Below are positions 45,854-55,732 of a DNA stretch of 64,000 bases, in pieces; within the stretch, counting starts at the first letter, position 1, and every line of letters starts with the position of its first letter. Source of the DNA: Planctomycetota bacterium (GTDB taxonomy: Bacteria; Planctomycetota; UBA1135; UBA2386); assembly GCA_947444055.1 (NCBI GenBank), contig CANEYR010000011.1, positions 8,534 to 72,533 on the forward strand. The letters are read 5' to 3'. The notes under the pieces are model-generated. The model did not search any database, was not told the origin of the DNA, and saw only the letters and a program-made list of their open reading frames with translations. Position numbers and translations under genes: made by a program.

Positions 45854-47044
45854 ATGGCCGCCTTCCAACGTCCACAGGCTGAAGCACTTGCGAGCCGGCT
45901 GCTCGGTCCCCGCCGTTTCATTCAGGTCGTGGCCGGCCCCCGCCAAGTCGGTAAGACCACGCTGGTAGAGCAGGTCGTAGAGGCGATCGGCCTGCCTGTT
46001 CACTGGGCCAGCGGCGACGAACCCACCTTGCGCGGCGACGGCTGGATCGAACAACAGTGGGACACCGCTCGGACTCTGACTTCGAAGCAGTCGAGTGTGC
46101 TGGTGATCGACGAAGTGCAGAAGGCGCCGCGATGGTCAGAAACGGTGAAGCGCCTGTGGGACGAGGACTCGCGCAAGCGCTGCCCGCTGCGCGTCGTCCT
46201 GCTGGGTTCGGCCCCACTGCTGATCCAGGACGGGCTCACCGAGAGCCTGGCGGGACGTTTCGAGTTGATCCCACTTCGCCAATGGTCGTATCGCGAGATG
46301 CGCGACGCCTTCGGCTGGAGTCTCGACACCTACATGTTCCACGGAGGCTACCCGGGGGCCGCCGCGCTCGTCGACGAAGCCGACCGGTGGCAACGCTACA
46401 TCCGAGATGCGCTCGTCGAGACGACCATCTCGCGTGACGTCTTGTTGCTGACGCGCGTGCACAAACCGGCCTTGCTTCGGCGGCTCTTCGAGATCGGCTG
46501 CCGCTACTCCGGTCGAGAACTCTCGTTGACCAAGATCCTTGGGCAACTCCAGGATGCGGGGAACACCGTCACGCTCGCTCACTACCTGCAACTGCTCGAC
46601 GCGGCAGGCATGGTCTTGGGACTGCACAAGTACGCAGGCGATATCGCCCGCCAACGCGCGTCCATTCCCAAACTGCAAGTGCACGACGTCGGCCTGATGA
46701 CAGCCCTCGACGGCGTGCCGTTTGCCGAAGCCAAAGCGAACCCCGACTCCTGGGGGCGAATCGTGGAGTCCGCCGTCGGTGCGCACCTTGTGCGGTCTGC
46801 GGCCAGCGGCGAGTGCGAGTTGTTCTATTGGCGCGACGGCAACCACGAAGTCGATTTCGTCGTTCGGCGCGGCAAGCGCATCGTGGCGATCGAAGTCAAG
46901 AGCGGCCGTCGGCACGATGGGTTACCTGGCATGCACGCGTTCTCGGCTCGACACAAAGTTCATCGCCAACTCCTGGTCGGTACAAATGGCATTGCCATCG
47001 ACGCGTTCTTGCTCGAACCAGTCGCACACTGGTTTGCGGACTAA
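45854..47044 (+). CDS. AAA+ ATPase with C-terminal DUF4143 / PD-(D/E)xK-like domain (COG1373 type)
   Basis: It has Walker A GPRQVGKTT, Walker B VLVIDEVQ, and the C-terminal motif FYWRDGNHEVDFVV...IVAIEVKSG. An alternative ATG at 45839 lies inside the second palindrome. Confidence 0.85.
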   Translation: MAAFQRPQAEALASRLLGPRRFIQVVAGPRQVGKTTLVEQVVEAIGLPVHWASGDEPTLRGDGWIEQQWDTARTLTSKQSSVLVIDEVQKAPRWSETVKRLWDEDSRKRCPLRVVLLGSAPLLIQDGLTESLAGRFELIPLRQWSYREMRDAFGWSLDTYMFHGGYPGAAALVDEADRWQRYIRDALVETTISRDVLLLTRVHKPALLRRLFEIGCRYSGRELSLTKILGQLQDAGNTVTLAHYLQLLDAAGMVLGLHKYAGDIARQRASIPKLQVHDVGLMTALDGVPFAEAKANPDSWGRIVESAVGAHLVRSAASGECELFYWRDGNHEVDFVVRRGKRIVAIEVKSGRRHDGLPGMHAFSARHKVHRQLLVGTNGIAIDAFLLEPVAHWFAD

Positions 47045-47045
47045 A

Positions 47046-49865
47046 TCACACCGGCCGACTAGTCGCGATCGTCGCAGCCACTTCGCGCGGCGTCTTCATG
47101 CCGAGCAGGCCCAGCACATAGATGCCGATCGCGACGTAGAACACGTTCGAGAAGCCGATCGCCATGCTGAGCACGATGCAGAAGATCGAGCCGAACACCG
47201 AGAAGAACGCGTTCACGGCCCAGCCCCACGGCACCAAGTGCGGGCACTGCTCTTCGACGAGGCGCATGCCCGATGGGAACGGCATGCCAAGCACGAGCCC
47301 GGTCGGCACCAGCATCACCACCACCACCGCGACCCGCAGCCACAGTGGCACGCCGAGCAGCAGCGGCAGCAGGTGATTGACCGCGACCACGTCGAGCGCC
47401 ACGACCACGACGATGCCCAGCAAGATCAGGCGCAGGTGCTTGGCGCGCACTTGCGTGATGCGACCTGCGAGCAACGACCCGGTGCCAGCCGACGCCAGCA
47501 GACTGACGAGCACCACAGATAGCGCGTAGGTCGGATGCCCGAGGAAGATCACGAGCTTCTGCATCAACGCGATCTCGATCAGCATGAAGCCGAGCCCCAG
47601 CGCCGCGAAGTAGCCGAAGAACCGGAAGGCGCCGGGCGTGCGCAGCCCTTCATTCGCGAGCTTGCGCAGCGGCAAGAAGATCATGGCCACGGCTAGCAGC
47701 AGGATCTGCACCAGCGACGCCAACAGCACCATGTGGCCAACGGGAAAGTCGGTCTGGTAGTTGAAGAACTTGTCGCCGCCCATGCGAGTCGCACCGCCGC
47801 TGAACAGACTGGACCAGCGGTAGTAGTTGAAGAAGAACGGTGCGTCGTCGGTCGATGGCGACACGTCGAACTCGTAGTCGCGCACGAACGCGTCTCGTTC
47901 CTCAGCCGTGCCGCGCAGCAATCGGTTGAAGTCGCCGACCGTCGTGCGCATGTAGGCAGCGTGCGCCAAGAACGTCGGCTTGCTGTGCTCGAGCAACTGC
48001 AGCGCGGTCGCGGCAACGTCCGGTCCGCGCAAAGCCTCCGGCAGCATCGCTGCGGCGATCACTTCGCCGTTGCCGAGGTTCGCCGCGAGCCCCAGCATGC
48101 CATCGACCGCGGCCGTGAGTTTGGCCGGATCGGCGGCGAGCCCGGCGAGGCCTGCGATACCGGCTTGCAAGGCAGCGCGCGAATCGGCGAAGTACGTTGG
48201 CTCGGCCACGAACGGTGCCGTCGAAGCGCGCAGCGGATCAAACACCAAGCCGACGAAGCCCTCGCGTCGCGCGAAGTCACGCAACGCCGCGATCTCCACC
48301 GCGGTGAATGGCGACTTCTTGATCATGGTCGACGCCCACGTCGTCCCTTGGAACACGCACAGATGCGCCGCCGGATCCGCGATGCCGAGGTCGCGCAGCG
48401 ACGAGCAAGCGATGTTGGCCAGTCGCAGGGTCTCGCGCGATTTCTTCGGGGCCCTCTCGATGAAGCGCGACCACGTGACGATGCCGTGCTCGTTCAAGTG
48501 CTCCCAGAAGTCGCGCACCGCCTCGACCGTGTAGAGGTAGCTCTCCGACAGCGTGTAGGCGCCCGTGCTCAACGCCGTGTAGGAGTCGACGCCGCTCATC
48601 TGGATGACGTCGTAGGTCTGCGGGTTGCTGCGCAACCAAGCGCGGCCTTCGCTGTTGATCAGCTCGATGCGATCGGACAGCGCATGCCCGCCCTTCTTGA
48701 ACAGGCCCCCGAGGTAGTCGTCATAGAGCTCGGTGACCATCTCGATCATCGCGGTGTTGAGCTCGACGGCGCGCACGTGTTTGGCCCCGTTGCCGAGCGC
48801 CACCATCACGTCGACGCCGCCGCCGACGCCGATCACCATGACGTTTTGGTCGGTGCGCCCTGATGCCTTGTGCACGACGTAGGCAGAGGCCGCTTGCGTG
48901 TCATCGAGGAACGCGAAGTCGCCGATCTTCGAGGCGTCTTTGAACAGCATCGTCGGCGCCGTGCCGTCTTGGCCGACGGCGCGCGATTCGATCAAGCGCC
49001 CGTCGATCAGACCTTGGTCGCCACCGATCATCGGCGGCGCCATCAAACTCGGACCGACCTGCACTTCCGCGGTCGCGCTGTAGATCTTGGTGAGCTCGCC
49101 ACTCTGGCCGCCGAGTTTGCCTTCGAACTGCAACTGCCGCAGCATCGCTTCGGCGAACGCGCCTTCCTTGCCGGGCGCGTAGGGCACCTTCCAATCGAGC
49201 GGCCCGATGCCGAGCGCAGTCGCACCACCGGCAAAGCCGATGCTGAGCCATCCCGCGAGCGCCAGTCCAGGGACCGTGAGCAGCAGGTAGTGCCGCGGCG
49301 CGCCGAGGCTGAAGCAGAAGGCAGCAATCAGGCCGAAGACGCCGGCGAACACGACGGTCGCGGAGCTGCCGAACTGCTTCATCAGCAGCACGCTGACGCC
49401 AGCGCCGAGCGCACTGCCGACAAGGTCAGCGAAGTAGAGTCGATTGACGTGCGCGACGTAGCGCGTGAGGGCCAAGCCGATGCCGAGGCCGCCCAGCAAG
49501 AACGGCACGAAGATCACCAAGTAAATGAAGAACAGCGCGAGCATGTTCTCCTTGGCCTCCCAGATGGCGAGGCTGTCGATGCGCACGAACGTGGCAAAGC
49601 AGAAAGCCAGCACGACACTGATGCCGTACGCGAGGCTCGTCCACACCAACCAACGCTGCGCCGATCCCTCTTTGCTACCAAGGCGTGTCGCGGTCAACAG
49701 ACTGCCCGAGGCACCGAAACCGAGTAGCCCGATCGAGATCACCAAGTAGGTGAAGTGGTGCCACATCATGATCGCGAAGACGCGCGTCAACGCGATCTCG
49801 AACAGGATGACGGACAGGCCGAGGCAAAAGATGCCGGCGAGGATCGACTTTTTGGTGGCAGGCAT
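47046..49865 (-). CDS. Large polytopic membrane protein with central spermidine-synthase-like (aminopropyltransferase fold) domain
   Basis: ~939 aa with TM bundles at both ends and the methyltransferase-fold motif VMVIGVGGGVDVMVAL..VRAVELN. The start is taken at MPATKKS. Confidence 0.8.
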   Translation of the reverse strand: MPATKKSILAGIFCLGLSVILFEIALTRVFAIMMWHHFTYLVISIGLLGFGASGSLLTATRLGSKEGSAQRWLVWTSLAYGISVVLAFCFATFVRIDSLAIWEAKENMLALFFIYLVIFVPFLLGGLGIGLALTRYVAHVNRLYFADLVGSALGAGVSVLLMKQFGSSATVVFAGVFGLIAAFCFSLGAPRHYLLLTVPGLALAGWLSIGFAGGATALGIGPLDWKVPYAPGKEGAFAEAMLRQLQFEGKLGGQSGELTKIYSATAEVQVGPSLMAPPMIGGDQGLIDGRLIESRAVGQDGTAPTMLFKDASKIGDFAFLDDTQAASAYVVHKASGRTDQNVMVIGVGGGVDVMVALGNGAKHVRAVELNTAMIEMVTELYDDYLGGLFKKGGHALSDRIELINSEGRAWLRSNPQTYDVIQMSGVDSYTALSTGAYTLSESYLYTVEAVRDFWEHLNEHGIVTWSRFIERAPKKSRETLRLANIACSSLRDLGIADPAAHLCVFQGTTWASTMIKKSPFTAVEIAALRDFARREGFVGLVFDPLRASTAPFVAEPTYFADSRAALQAGIAGLAGLAADPAKLTAAVDGMLGLAANLGNGEVIAAAMLPEALRGPDVAATALQLLEHSKPTFLAHAAYMRTTVGDFNRLLRGTAEERDAFVRDYEFDVSPSTDDAPFFFNYYRWSSLFSGGATRMGGDKFFNYQTDFPVGHMVLLASLVQILLLAVAMIFLPLRKLANEGLRTPGAFRFFGYFAALGLGFMLIEIALMQKLVIFLGHPTYALSVVLVSLLASAGTGSLLAGRITQVRAKHLRLILLGIVVVVALDVVAVNHLLPLLLGVPLWLRVAVVVVMLVPTGLVLGMPFPSGMRLVEEQCPHLVPWGWAVNAFFSVFGSIFCIVLSMAIGFSNVFYVAIGIYVLGLLGMKTPREVAATIATSRPV

Positions 49866-50068
49866 CGTTCTTGGGTAGCTGCGGCAGCGAGCGGTCTGGC
49901 GATTGTCGGCCCGCCAGCGGGTTCGACCAAACCTAAACTCCCTGGCGAGCGCGGTGGTCTTGCCAGTCGCATCGCGAGACAGTGTCTTCACAGCGGCGCG
50001 GCAACTCGCGATCCCATCGTCTTCCCGGCAGCGGGACCGCCGCGTTAGCTCTCACGCAGCAGTGATGC

Positions 50069-50941
50069 TCAAGCGGTCGCTTCGCCTTCGGCGGGAGCTT
50101 CAGCGACCCCCGCGGCGATCTCACTCTCCGTCGACCCCGCTGCCGCCGCGGCATCCTTGGCGCGCTGCACTTCCTCGTCGGCCTCGATGCCGGCCATGAT
50201 CTGCTCGGCCGTCACCGCGTCGTCGCCGCGGAACGCCAAGTGGATCTCGTCGAAGCAGTTCACCTGCGAAGCGCGCAGATAGCCCTGCTTCATCATTTCG
50301 AGCAAAGCGATCAACGTCCCGATCAAGCCGTAGCGACCTTCGGTCTTGTCGAAGATTTCCGAAAAGCGCACTTCACGGCGCAGCTTGAACGTCGCCACCA
50401 GCCGCCGCGTATAGAAGCCGACGTCGCGCTTCTCGCGTTCGATCTGCATCGTGCCCTGTTGCCCGATCTCTTCGAGCAACCTGGCGAATGCCGAAGTGAG
50501 GTCCCAAATGCCGACTTCGCCGAGGTCCAGCAAGTCGTCATCGCCTTGCTCCACCAAATGTGGCGGTTGCGGCAACAGCAGCGGTGCCATGCGCGCCCGA
50601 TGGTCAGAACGGGTGTCGAGTTCGCGGGCCAGATCGCGGTAGCGCTTGTACTCAAGCAACCGCCGGATGAGGTCATCTTTGGGATCCAGCTCTTGCTCGA
50701 GCTCGACCGTCTCGTTCGGCAGCAGCTCGCGCGACTTGATCTCCATCAGTGAACTCGCCATCACGATGAAGTCCCCGATGTCCTGCAAATCGAGCTGCTG
50801 CAGCACCTGCAGATGCTTGAGGTAGTCCTCCAGAATGCGCGCGATGCGAATCGCGTGGATGTCCACCTCCTGTTGGCGCACGAGGTGCAACAGAAGGTCC
50901 ATCGGACCGGAGAAGACCGGGAGCTCGACGCGATAGCTCAC
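50069..50941 (-). CDS. scpA: Segregation and condensation protein A
   Basis: It has VELPVFSGPMDLLLHLVRQQEVDI and LVMASSLMEIKSRELLP. The GTG start at 50941 was chosen to avoid overlap with the upstream gene. It has an acidic C-terminal tail. Confidence 0.8.
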   Translation of the reverse strand: MSYRVELPVFSGPMDLLLHLVRQQEVDIHAIRIARILEDYLKHLQVLQQLDLQDIGDFIVMASSLMEIKSRELLPNETVELEQELDPKDDLIRRLLEYKRYRDLARELDTRSDHRARMAPLLLPQPPHLVEQGDDDLLDLGEVGIWDLTSAFARLLEEIGQQGTMQIEREKRDVGFYTRRLVATFKLRREVRFSEIFDKTEGRYGLIGTLIALLEMMKQGYLRASQVNCFDEIHLAFRGDDAVTAEQIMAGIEADEEVQRAKDAAAAAGSTESEIAAGVAEAPAEGEATA

Positions 50942-51003
50942 GGCGGCGAAGGATAGCGAGGTCGCGTCCGAAACGAAGCCTGCTGCCCCAGACAATTCCT
51001 GGG

Positions 51004-53946
51004 CTACGGCGCGAAGGTCATCTTCACGGCGTTGCTCGCGTGCACGAACGAAACCCCGTCGCCGAGCACATAGGCATGCCACAGAGGTTGCCCGATCAGA
51101 CTCGGGTCGTTGAGCGGCGGCAACACGAGCGACGCCGTCGCCCGGCCGGTGCCATCCAGCACGCCGATGGTGTTCTGATAGATCGCCGAGTTGGCGAGCG
51201 ACAGGCTGAGCTGCAGCCAAGGGTCGGGGTTGAGTGGAATGTGCAGTCCAAACAGCGGCAGCCCTGGGGTCGTCCCGTACGAACCGGCCAGCACATAGAA
51301 CTGGTTCGCGTGCGCCGTTCCGGCCACCAGTTGCCAGTCCTGGCGGCCGCCGGCTGACACCGAAATGCGCGGCTGGTCGCGAAATAGGGTGCGCGCCTCG
51401 CCCTTCACCAGGGTGAACTCATCCTCGACGCCGGACAGCCCGAGGAACTTGGCATTGAGGCGGTCGCCGTCGACATCGATCACGAACGAGCCAAGGTTGG
51501 CGAGGCTGACATGCATCGCCGGATGGTTGAGGGGGCCACCACTAACCCACCCAGCGCTGCCGGCCACGACGTACACCGCGCCCTCGTGCGGCGCCTTGCC
51601 CGCCGTCGCCTTGCCGTAGGCACCATCGCCGTTGGCCTTGCCATCCCCACGATCGAGCACCATGTTCGGCTGCAGCGTGCTGCTGAAGCCATAGTGCCCA
51701 TCCAGCAAGAACGAGCGCTCGTAGCTGTGGCTGTGGCCACTCAACACCAGATCGACGCCGCCCGCCTCCAACAACGGCAACGCGATCTGTCGCATATCCA
51801 CCAACCGGCCGCCGCTGTCCGCCGGGTTGTCGGAGTGATGCGACCCAAACGTGTAGGGAGGATGGTGGAAGAAGGCGACGATCCAGCGCGCCGCCGTGTT
51901 CGCGAGATCCGCTTGCAGCCACGTCATCATCGCGCCAGTCGACGTGCGATCGCTGTCCATCGAATCGAGGCAGACGAAGTGCACGTGCCCACGATCGAAC
52001 GCGTAGTAGGCCTCGGTCCCGGTCGGCAGCCCGCCAGCTTCCCCGGCCTGCGGCAGCGTGAAGATGTCGTAGTAGGGGCCGGTCTGCGCGGCGGTGTTCA
52101 CGCTGGCAGCGTCGTGGTTGCCAAGCGTTGACCAAGTGAACGCCGTCCGCATCTGCGCGTCGTAGACGTCGAACACGCCGGTCTGGTACTCCCGATCGGT
52201 ACCAACGAAATAGGCGTTGTCGCCCAGCATCAGGATCGCATCCGCGGGCTGCCCGCCGCCATAGATCGTGAACAGCTCGCGCACGATGTACTGCGGAAAC
52301 CAGCCAACCCCTGCATCGCCTAACGCCCAGACGCGCAGCGGTCGCACCGCCCCGACGGGTGGCAACGTGCGCAGCGTCCCTGGCGACGCCGTTGCGAACA
52401 GCCCGTTCGCGTCGCCAATTGCATAGTGATAGGTCGTCTCCGCCGCGAGCCCAGTGGCGGTGGCGGCGTGATTCACACGCAAGGTCGGATCGAACACCAC
52501 CGGCTGCAGGGTCGCCGTCGAGGCGCCTAGCCACAGCTGGGTTGCCGTCGGCTGATCCGTGCGCCACCGCACGACGGCACTGCTCGGGGTGCCGTTCTGC
52601 AAGTACGGGCCGCGCACCACACTGATCGGCCCCGCATCGCCGAGCACTTCGCAGTCGAAACTGATGTCCGCGCTGGTCGCGGCGTACTGATGGATCTCGA
52701 CGGCAATCACGTTGTTGCCGGTGACGAGCAAGGCCGGATCGAACGGAAACACATGGAACGCGTTCTCGCCAGCGCCGCTGACCGAGATGGAGGCGGTAGA
52801 GAACGGCGAGATGGGGCCGTTGTGCAGGTTCCAGCGCCCGACTTCGACACCGTTGACGTAGATCACCGCACCGTCGTCACACAACACACGCACGCGAGCC
52901 GTCGGCAACGTCGCCGGGTTGGTCAACAGAAACGAGTGTCGGAACCACGTCGTCAGGTGGTACGCACCCGCTGGCCCGCTGGCCACCACCGTCGCTTCGT
53001 CACCATCGCCGTAACCGAGCTGGGCTGGGCCTGCCGCCCACACGGTGTCGTCGAAGGTCGGCACATACCAATCCACCGCCGGCAGTGTGCCGTTGTCGCG
53101 GTAGCGCCACGTCGAGCCAAGCCCAACTAGCACTTGCGGCGTGCGCGGCGTCGCGGCGCTCGCCGCGGGCGGCACCACGCGCGGGCTCGTAGGGGGGGCA
53201 GCGAGGACGGGCTCGTCCGTGGTTGCGTGCAGCGCGGCCGTGCGTTCGGCCGCCGCCAAATCAGACCGCCCGGCGGCCGCGAACACACGCCCTCGCCGTT
53301 CATGCCAGATCGTGCGCTTCTGCAAATGTGGTCGCAGCAAATCGATCGCCGACAAGGCCGCCGCGAACCGGCCCGCTTTGACATGCAGCGCCGCCGCTTC
53401 ATCGACGAGCGCCACCACCGGTCCAAGTGCAGAGAGTCCTCGCTCCACCGCCGCCAAGGCACTCGCATCGGCGCCCGACTTCGCCAACGCCCGCGCCAAC
53501 TCGAGATACTGCTCGGCATCGGCGCCGTCGTCGGCCATGCCAGCCGCGAACGCCGGCGCTGCCTCGGCGGCGCGATCGAGACGCATCAAGATGCGCCCAC
53601 GCAACCGCCACAGCGAACGATCCGCAGAACCCAGGGACTGCGCGCGCCGACACGCTTGTAGGGCGGCGACATCGTTGCCGTCGCGTGACTCGAGCACCGC
53701 CATCGCGCCGACCGCGCCCACATGATCGGGGACCAACTGCAACGCCCGCATGAGATCACGCCGCGCCCCTTGCTGATCCTCCATGGCGATGAGCACACGC
53801 GCCCGTTCGACATGCAGGGCCACGTCCATCGGCGCCCTGAGCAGGCGCTCACTGACGTCGGCGAGGCGACGTTCGAGATCGTGCGGCACGGCTTCGACAG
53901 CCATCGCCAAGACCAACACGAGCGAGAGAGACGCGACTGCGAGCAT
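51004..53946 (-). CDS. Secreted TPR-repeat + purple-acid-phosphatase-like metallophosphoesterase
   Basis: It has a signal peptide and N-terminal TPRs. The metallophosphatase motifs are GDAG, GDNAY, GNHD, FHHPPY and SGHSHSYER. It also has a C-terminal beta module. Confidence 0.8.
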   Translation of the reverse strand: MLAVASLSLVLVLAMAVEAVPHDLERRLADVSERLLRAPMDVALHVERARVLIAMEDQQGARRDLMRALQLVPDHVGAVGAMAVLESRDGNDVAALQACRRAQSLGSADRSLWRLRGRILMRLDRAAEAAPAFAAGMADDGADAEQYLELARALAKSGADASALAAVERGLSALGPVVALVDEAAALHVKAGRFAAALSAIDLLRPHLQKRTIWHERRGRVFAAAGRSDLAAAERTAALHATTDEPVLAAPPTSPRVVPPAASAATPRTPQVLVGLGSTWRYRDNGTLPAVDWYVPTFDDTVWAAGPAQLGYGDGDEATVVASGPAGAYHLTTWFRHSFLLTNPATLPTARVRVLCDDGAVIYVNGVEVGRWNLHNGPISPFSTASISVSGAGENAFHVFPFDPALLVTGNNVIAVEIHQYAATSADISFDCEVLGDAGPISVVRGPYLQNGTPSSAVVRWRTDQPTATQLWLGASTATLQPVVFDPTLRVNHAATATGLAAETTYHYAIGDANGLFATASPGTLRTLPPVGAVRPLRVWALGDAGVGWFPQYIVRELFTIYGGGQPADAILMLGDNAYFVGTDREYQTGVFDVYDAQMRTAFTWSTLGNHDAASVNTAAQTGPYYDIFTLPQAGEAGGLPTGTEAYYAFDRGHVHFVCLDSMDSDRTSTGAMMTWLQADLANTAARWIVAFFHHPPYTFGSHHSDNPADSGGRLVDMRQIALPLLEAGGVDLVLSGHSHSYERSFLLDGHYGFSSTLQPNMVLDRGDGKANGDGAYGKATAGKAPHEGAVYVVAGSAGWVSGGPLNHPAMHVSLANLGSFVIDVDGDRLNAKFLGLSGVEDEFTLVKGEARTLFRDQPRISVSAGGRQDWQLVAGTAHANQFYVLAGSYGTTPGLPLFGLHIPLNPDPWLQLSLSLANSAIYQNTIGVLDGTGRATASLVLPPLNDPSLIGQPLWHAYVLGDGVSFVHASNAVKMTFAP

Positions 53947-53993
53947 GTGCGATTCTTATCGGGTCTCTTGCCAGAGTGCCTTCGTTCGGCCAC

Positions 53994-55700
53994 TCAGTAG
54001 TTGTTTTGAATGCGCACGCCGTTGGTCGCGTCGAGCGGCAACGCTGGCGGCTGCGTCCAATCGAGGGTCACGGCTTGCAGGAAGGCGAGCAGGCCTGCTT
54101 GCGCTGGCACCGAGAAGACGAAGGTCGCCGCCCCCGCGGCACTCGCGGTGAACCCGACCGTCACATCCGGCGTGCACAGCAACGTGCATGCTTGCCAAGG
54201 TGCAGGCAACGGCACCGCGACTTGTTGTCCGCCAAGCGCCAACACGCCGAGCGCCTGCGCAGTCGCACCGCTCAGCTGCAGAGTCGCAACGTGGCTGCCG
54301 TTTGGCTGCGGGCTGAGGCTGCCAACCATCGCCACGGTCGCGCAGGGCGCCGAATAGGTAGACACGCTGGCAGTCAGCTGCAGCCCCAGATGATCGAACA
54401 GAGCCAAGCCCATCTGGGCGCCGCACGTTCGGTAATCAGCCTCGGTATTCCAAGTCGTCGTGTCGGGGCCGCGCAGGTACGTGCCTTCGAACGTGATCGC
54501 CATCACCGGCGACTGCAGCCCTGGCGCGTTCAACCACCCATTCACACCACTCCAACGATCGTGGCACATCGACTCCACAAACGGGCGCGAGGTCAGCGCA
54601 CTGCTCTGGGTCGTGCCAAGGTTGACAAACGGACTGCGCGCCTTGAAGCGCACGATCCACTGGCCCTCGACGACGTTGACCACCGGGATGACACCCGTGT
54701 TGTTGGTGGTCGCGTTCCAGTTCGCGTTGGCGACATGCTGGAAGTGAAACGGGTAGTTGACACCGTGAGAACTGTGCAGGTTGAGCAACACACGAATCGG
54801 ATTGCTGCCGGGGCTGGCGACCGTGCCCATGTAGCCCTCGATCGCCGTGCGCAACGCGATGATCTCCGGTTGCATGCTGTTGTACGGCGCCGTCCATTCG
54901 TTCTCGAGGTTGGCGGAGTTGGCGTTGACGCGGTAGTTGCCGAGGAACACACCATCGGGGTTCACCATCGGGCACAACTCGATCAGAGCGTGATCGAGCA
55001 ACACCTCCGCTTGCGGATTCCCTGATAGCAACCACTCGACAAAGCCCTCGACCGTGAAGTAACTCGTCGTCTCGGCTGGGTGAATGCCGGCGTGAATCCA
55101 CACTCGCACTTTGCCAGCGTCGGGCACCGTCGAGTCCGTCAGTTCGATGCGATGAATCGGGCGCCCCTGCACAGAATTGCCCAGCGTCGCGATCGAGCGG
55201 ATCTTCGGATGGCCTGCGAGCGTGGCCATCCATGCGTCCTTGCGCGTCACCGAGTAGGGGAAGTACTTCGCCAGCCGAATCGCCGCGACCGCCGGCGGCG
55301 TCACCAACGTGAAGCGATGCGTCGTTCCTTGCAGGACGGGAACGGCGCTCGTTGGCACTCGCGAATAGCCACCAAACGTGGTGCCGTTCGTCGATTGCGA
55401 CCACACCGGCAAGATGATGTCGGAGTATCCAGTATTGGTTACAGACACATTCAGCACTGCCCCTGCTGGCGCGAGATTGGCAATCTCACAATGCCACCAG
55501 CGGCGGAAACTCGACGGCAACGCCGCATTCACATTGTCGTTCTCCATCTCAATCGTGAGGTTCCAGCTGCCGGCTGGGCCCGCGACCACCGCCGCCGAGC
55601 GCAAACGCATGGTCTCACCGGTGAAGGTGACACTCGGCGTCTGGGCGAGTACAGACGCAACGACAAGCGGCAGCAGAGCCGCGACGAGACGAGACCGCAT
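53994..55700 (-). CDS. Secreted M14-family zinc carboxypeptidase with N-terminal beta-sandwich and C-terminal module
   Basis: It has a signal peptide (MRSRLVAALLPLVVASVLA), the zinc motif HAGIHPAETT, and LCPMVNPDG. Confidence 0.8.
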   Translation of the reverse strand: MRSRLVAALLPLVVASVLAQTPSVTFTGETMRLRSAAVVAGPAGSWNLTIEMENDNVNAALPSSFRRWWHCEIANLAPAGAVLNVSVTNTGYSDIILPVWSQSTNGTTFGGYSRVPTSAVPVLQGTTHRFTLVTPPAVAAIRLAKYFPYSVTRKDAWMATLAGHPKIRSIATLGNSVQGRPIHRIELTDSTVPDAGKVRVWIHAGIHPAETTSYFTVEGFVEWLLSGNPQAEVLLDHALIELCPMVNPDGVFLGNYRVNANSANLENEWTAPYNSMQPEIIALRTAIEGYMGTVASPGSNPIRVLLNLHSSHGVNYPFHFQHVANANWNATTNNTGVIPVVNVVEGQWIVRFKARSPFVNLGTTQSSALTSRPFVESMCHDRWSGVNGWLNAPGLQSPVMAITFEGTYLRGPDTTTWNTEADYRTCGAQMGLALFDHLGLQLTASVSTYSAPCATVAMVGSLSPQPNGSHVATLQLSGATAQALGVLALGGQQVAVPLPAPWQACTLLCTPDVTVGFTASAAGAATFVFSVPAQAGLLAFLQAVTLDWTQPPALPLDATNGVRIQNNY

Positions 55701-55732
55701 GGTGCGCAGAGTCGCGCCCCCGTCGCCTGCGG

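Noticed and set aside
49866-49940. tRNA-like T-loop strings (GGGTTCGACC at about 49916; GGGGTTCGACC at about 7948).
   Set aside because: The flanking sequence cannot form a 5-bp T stem, an acceptor stem or a D arm. No cloverleaf is possible.
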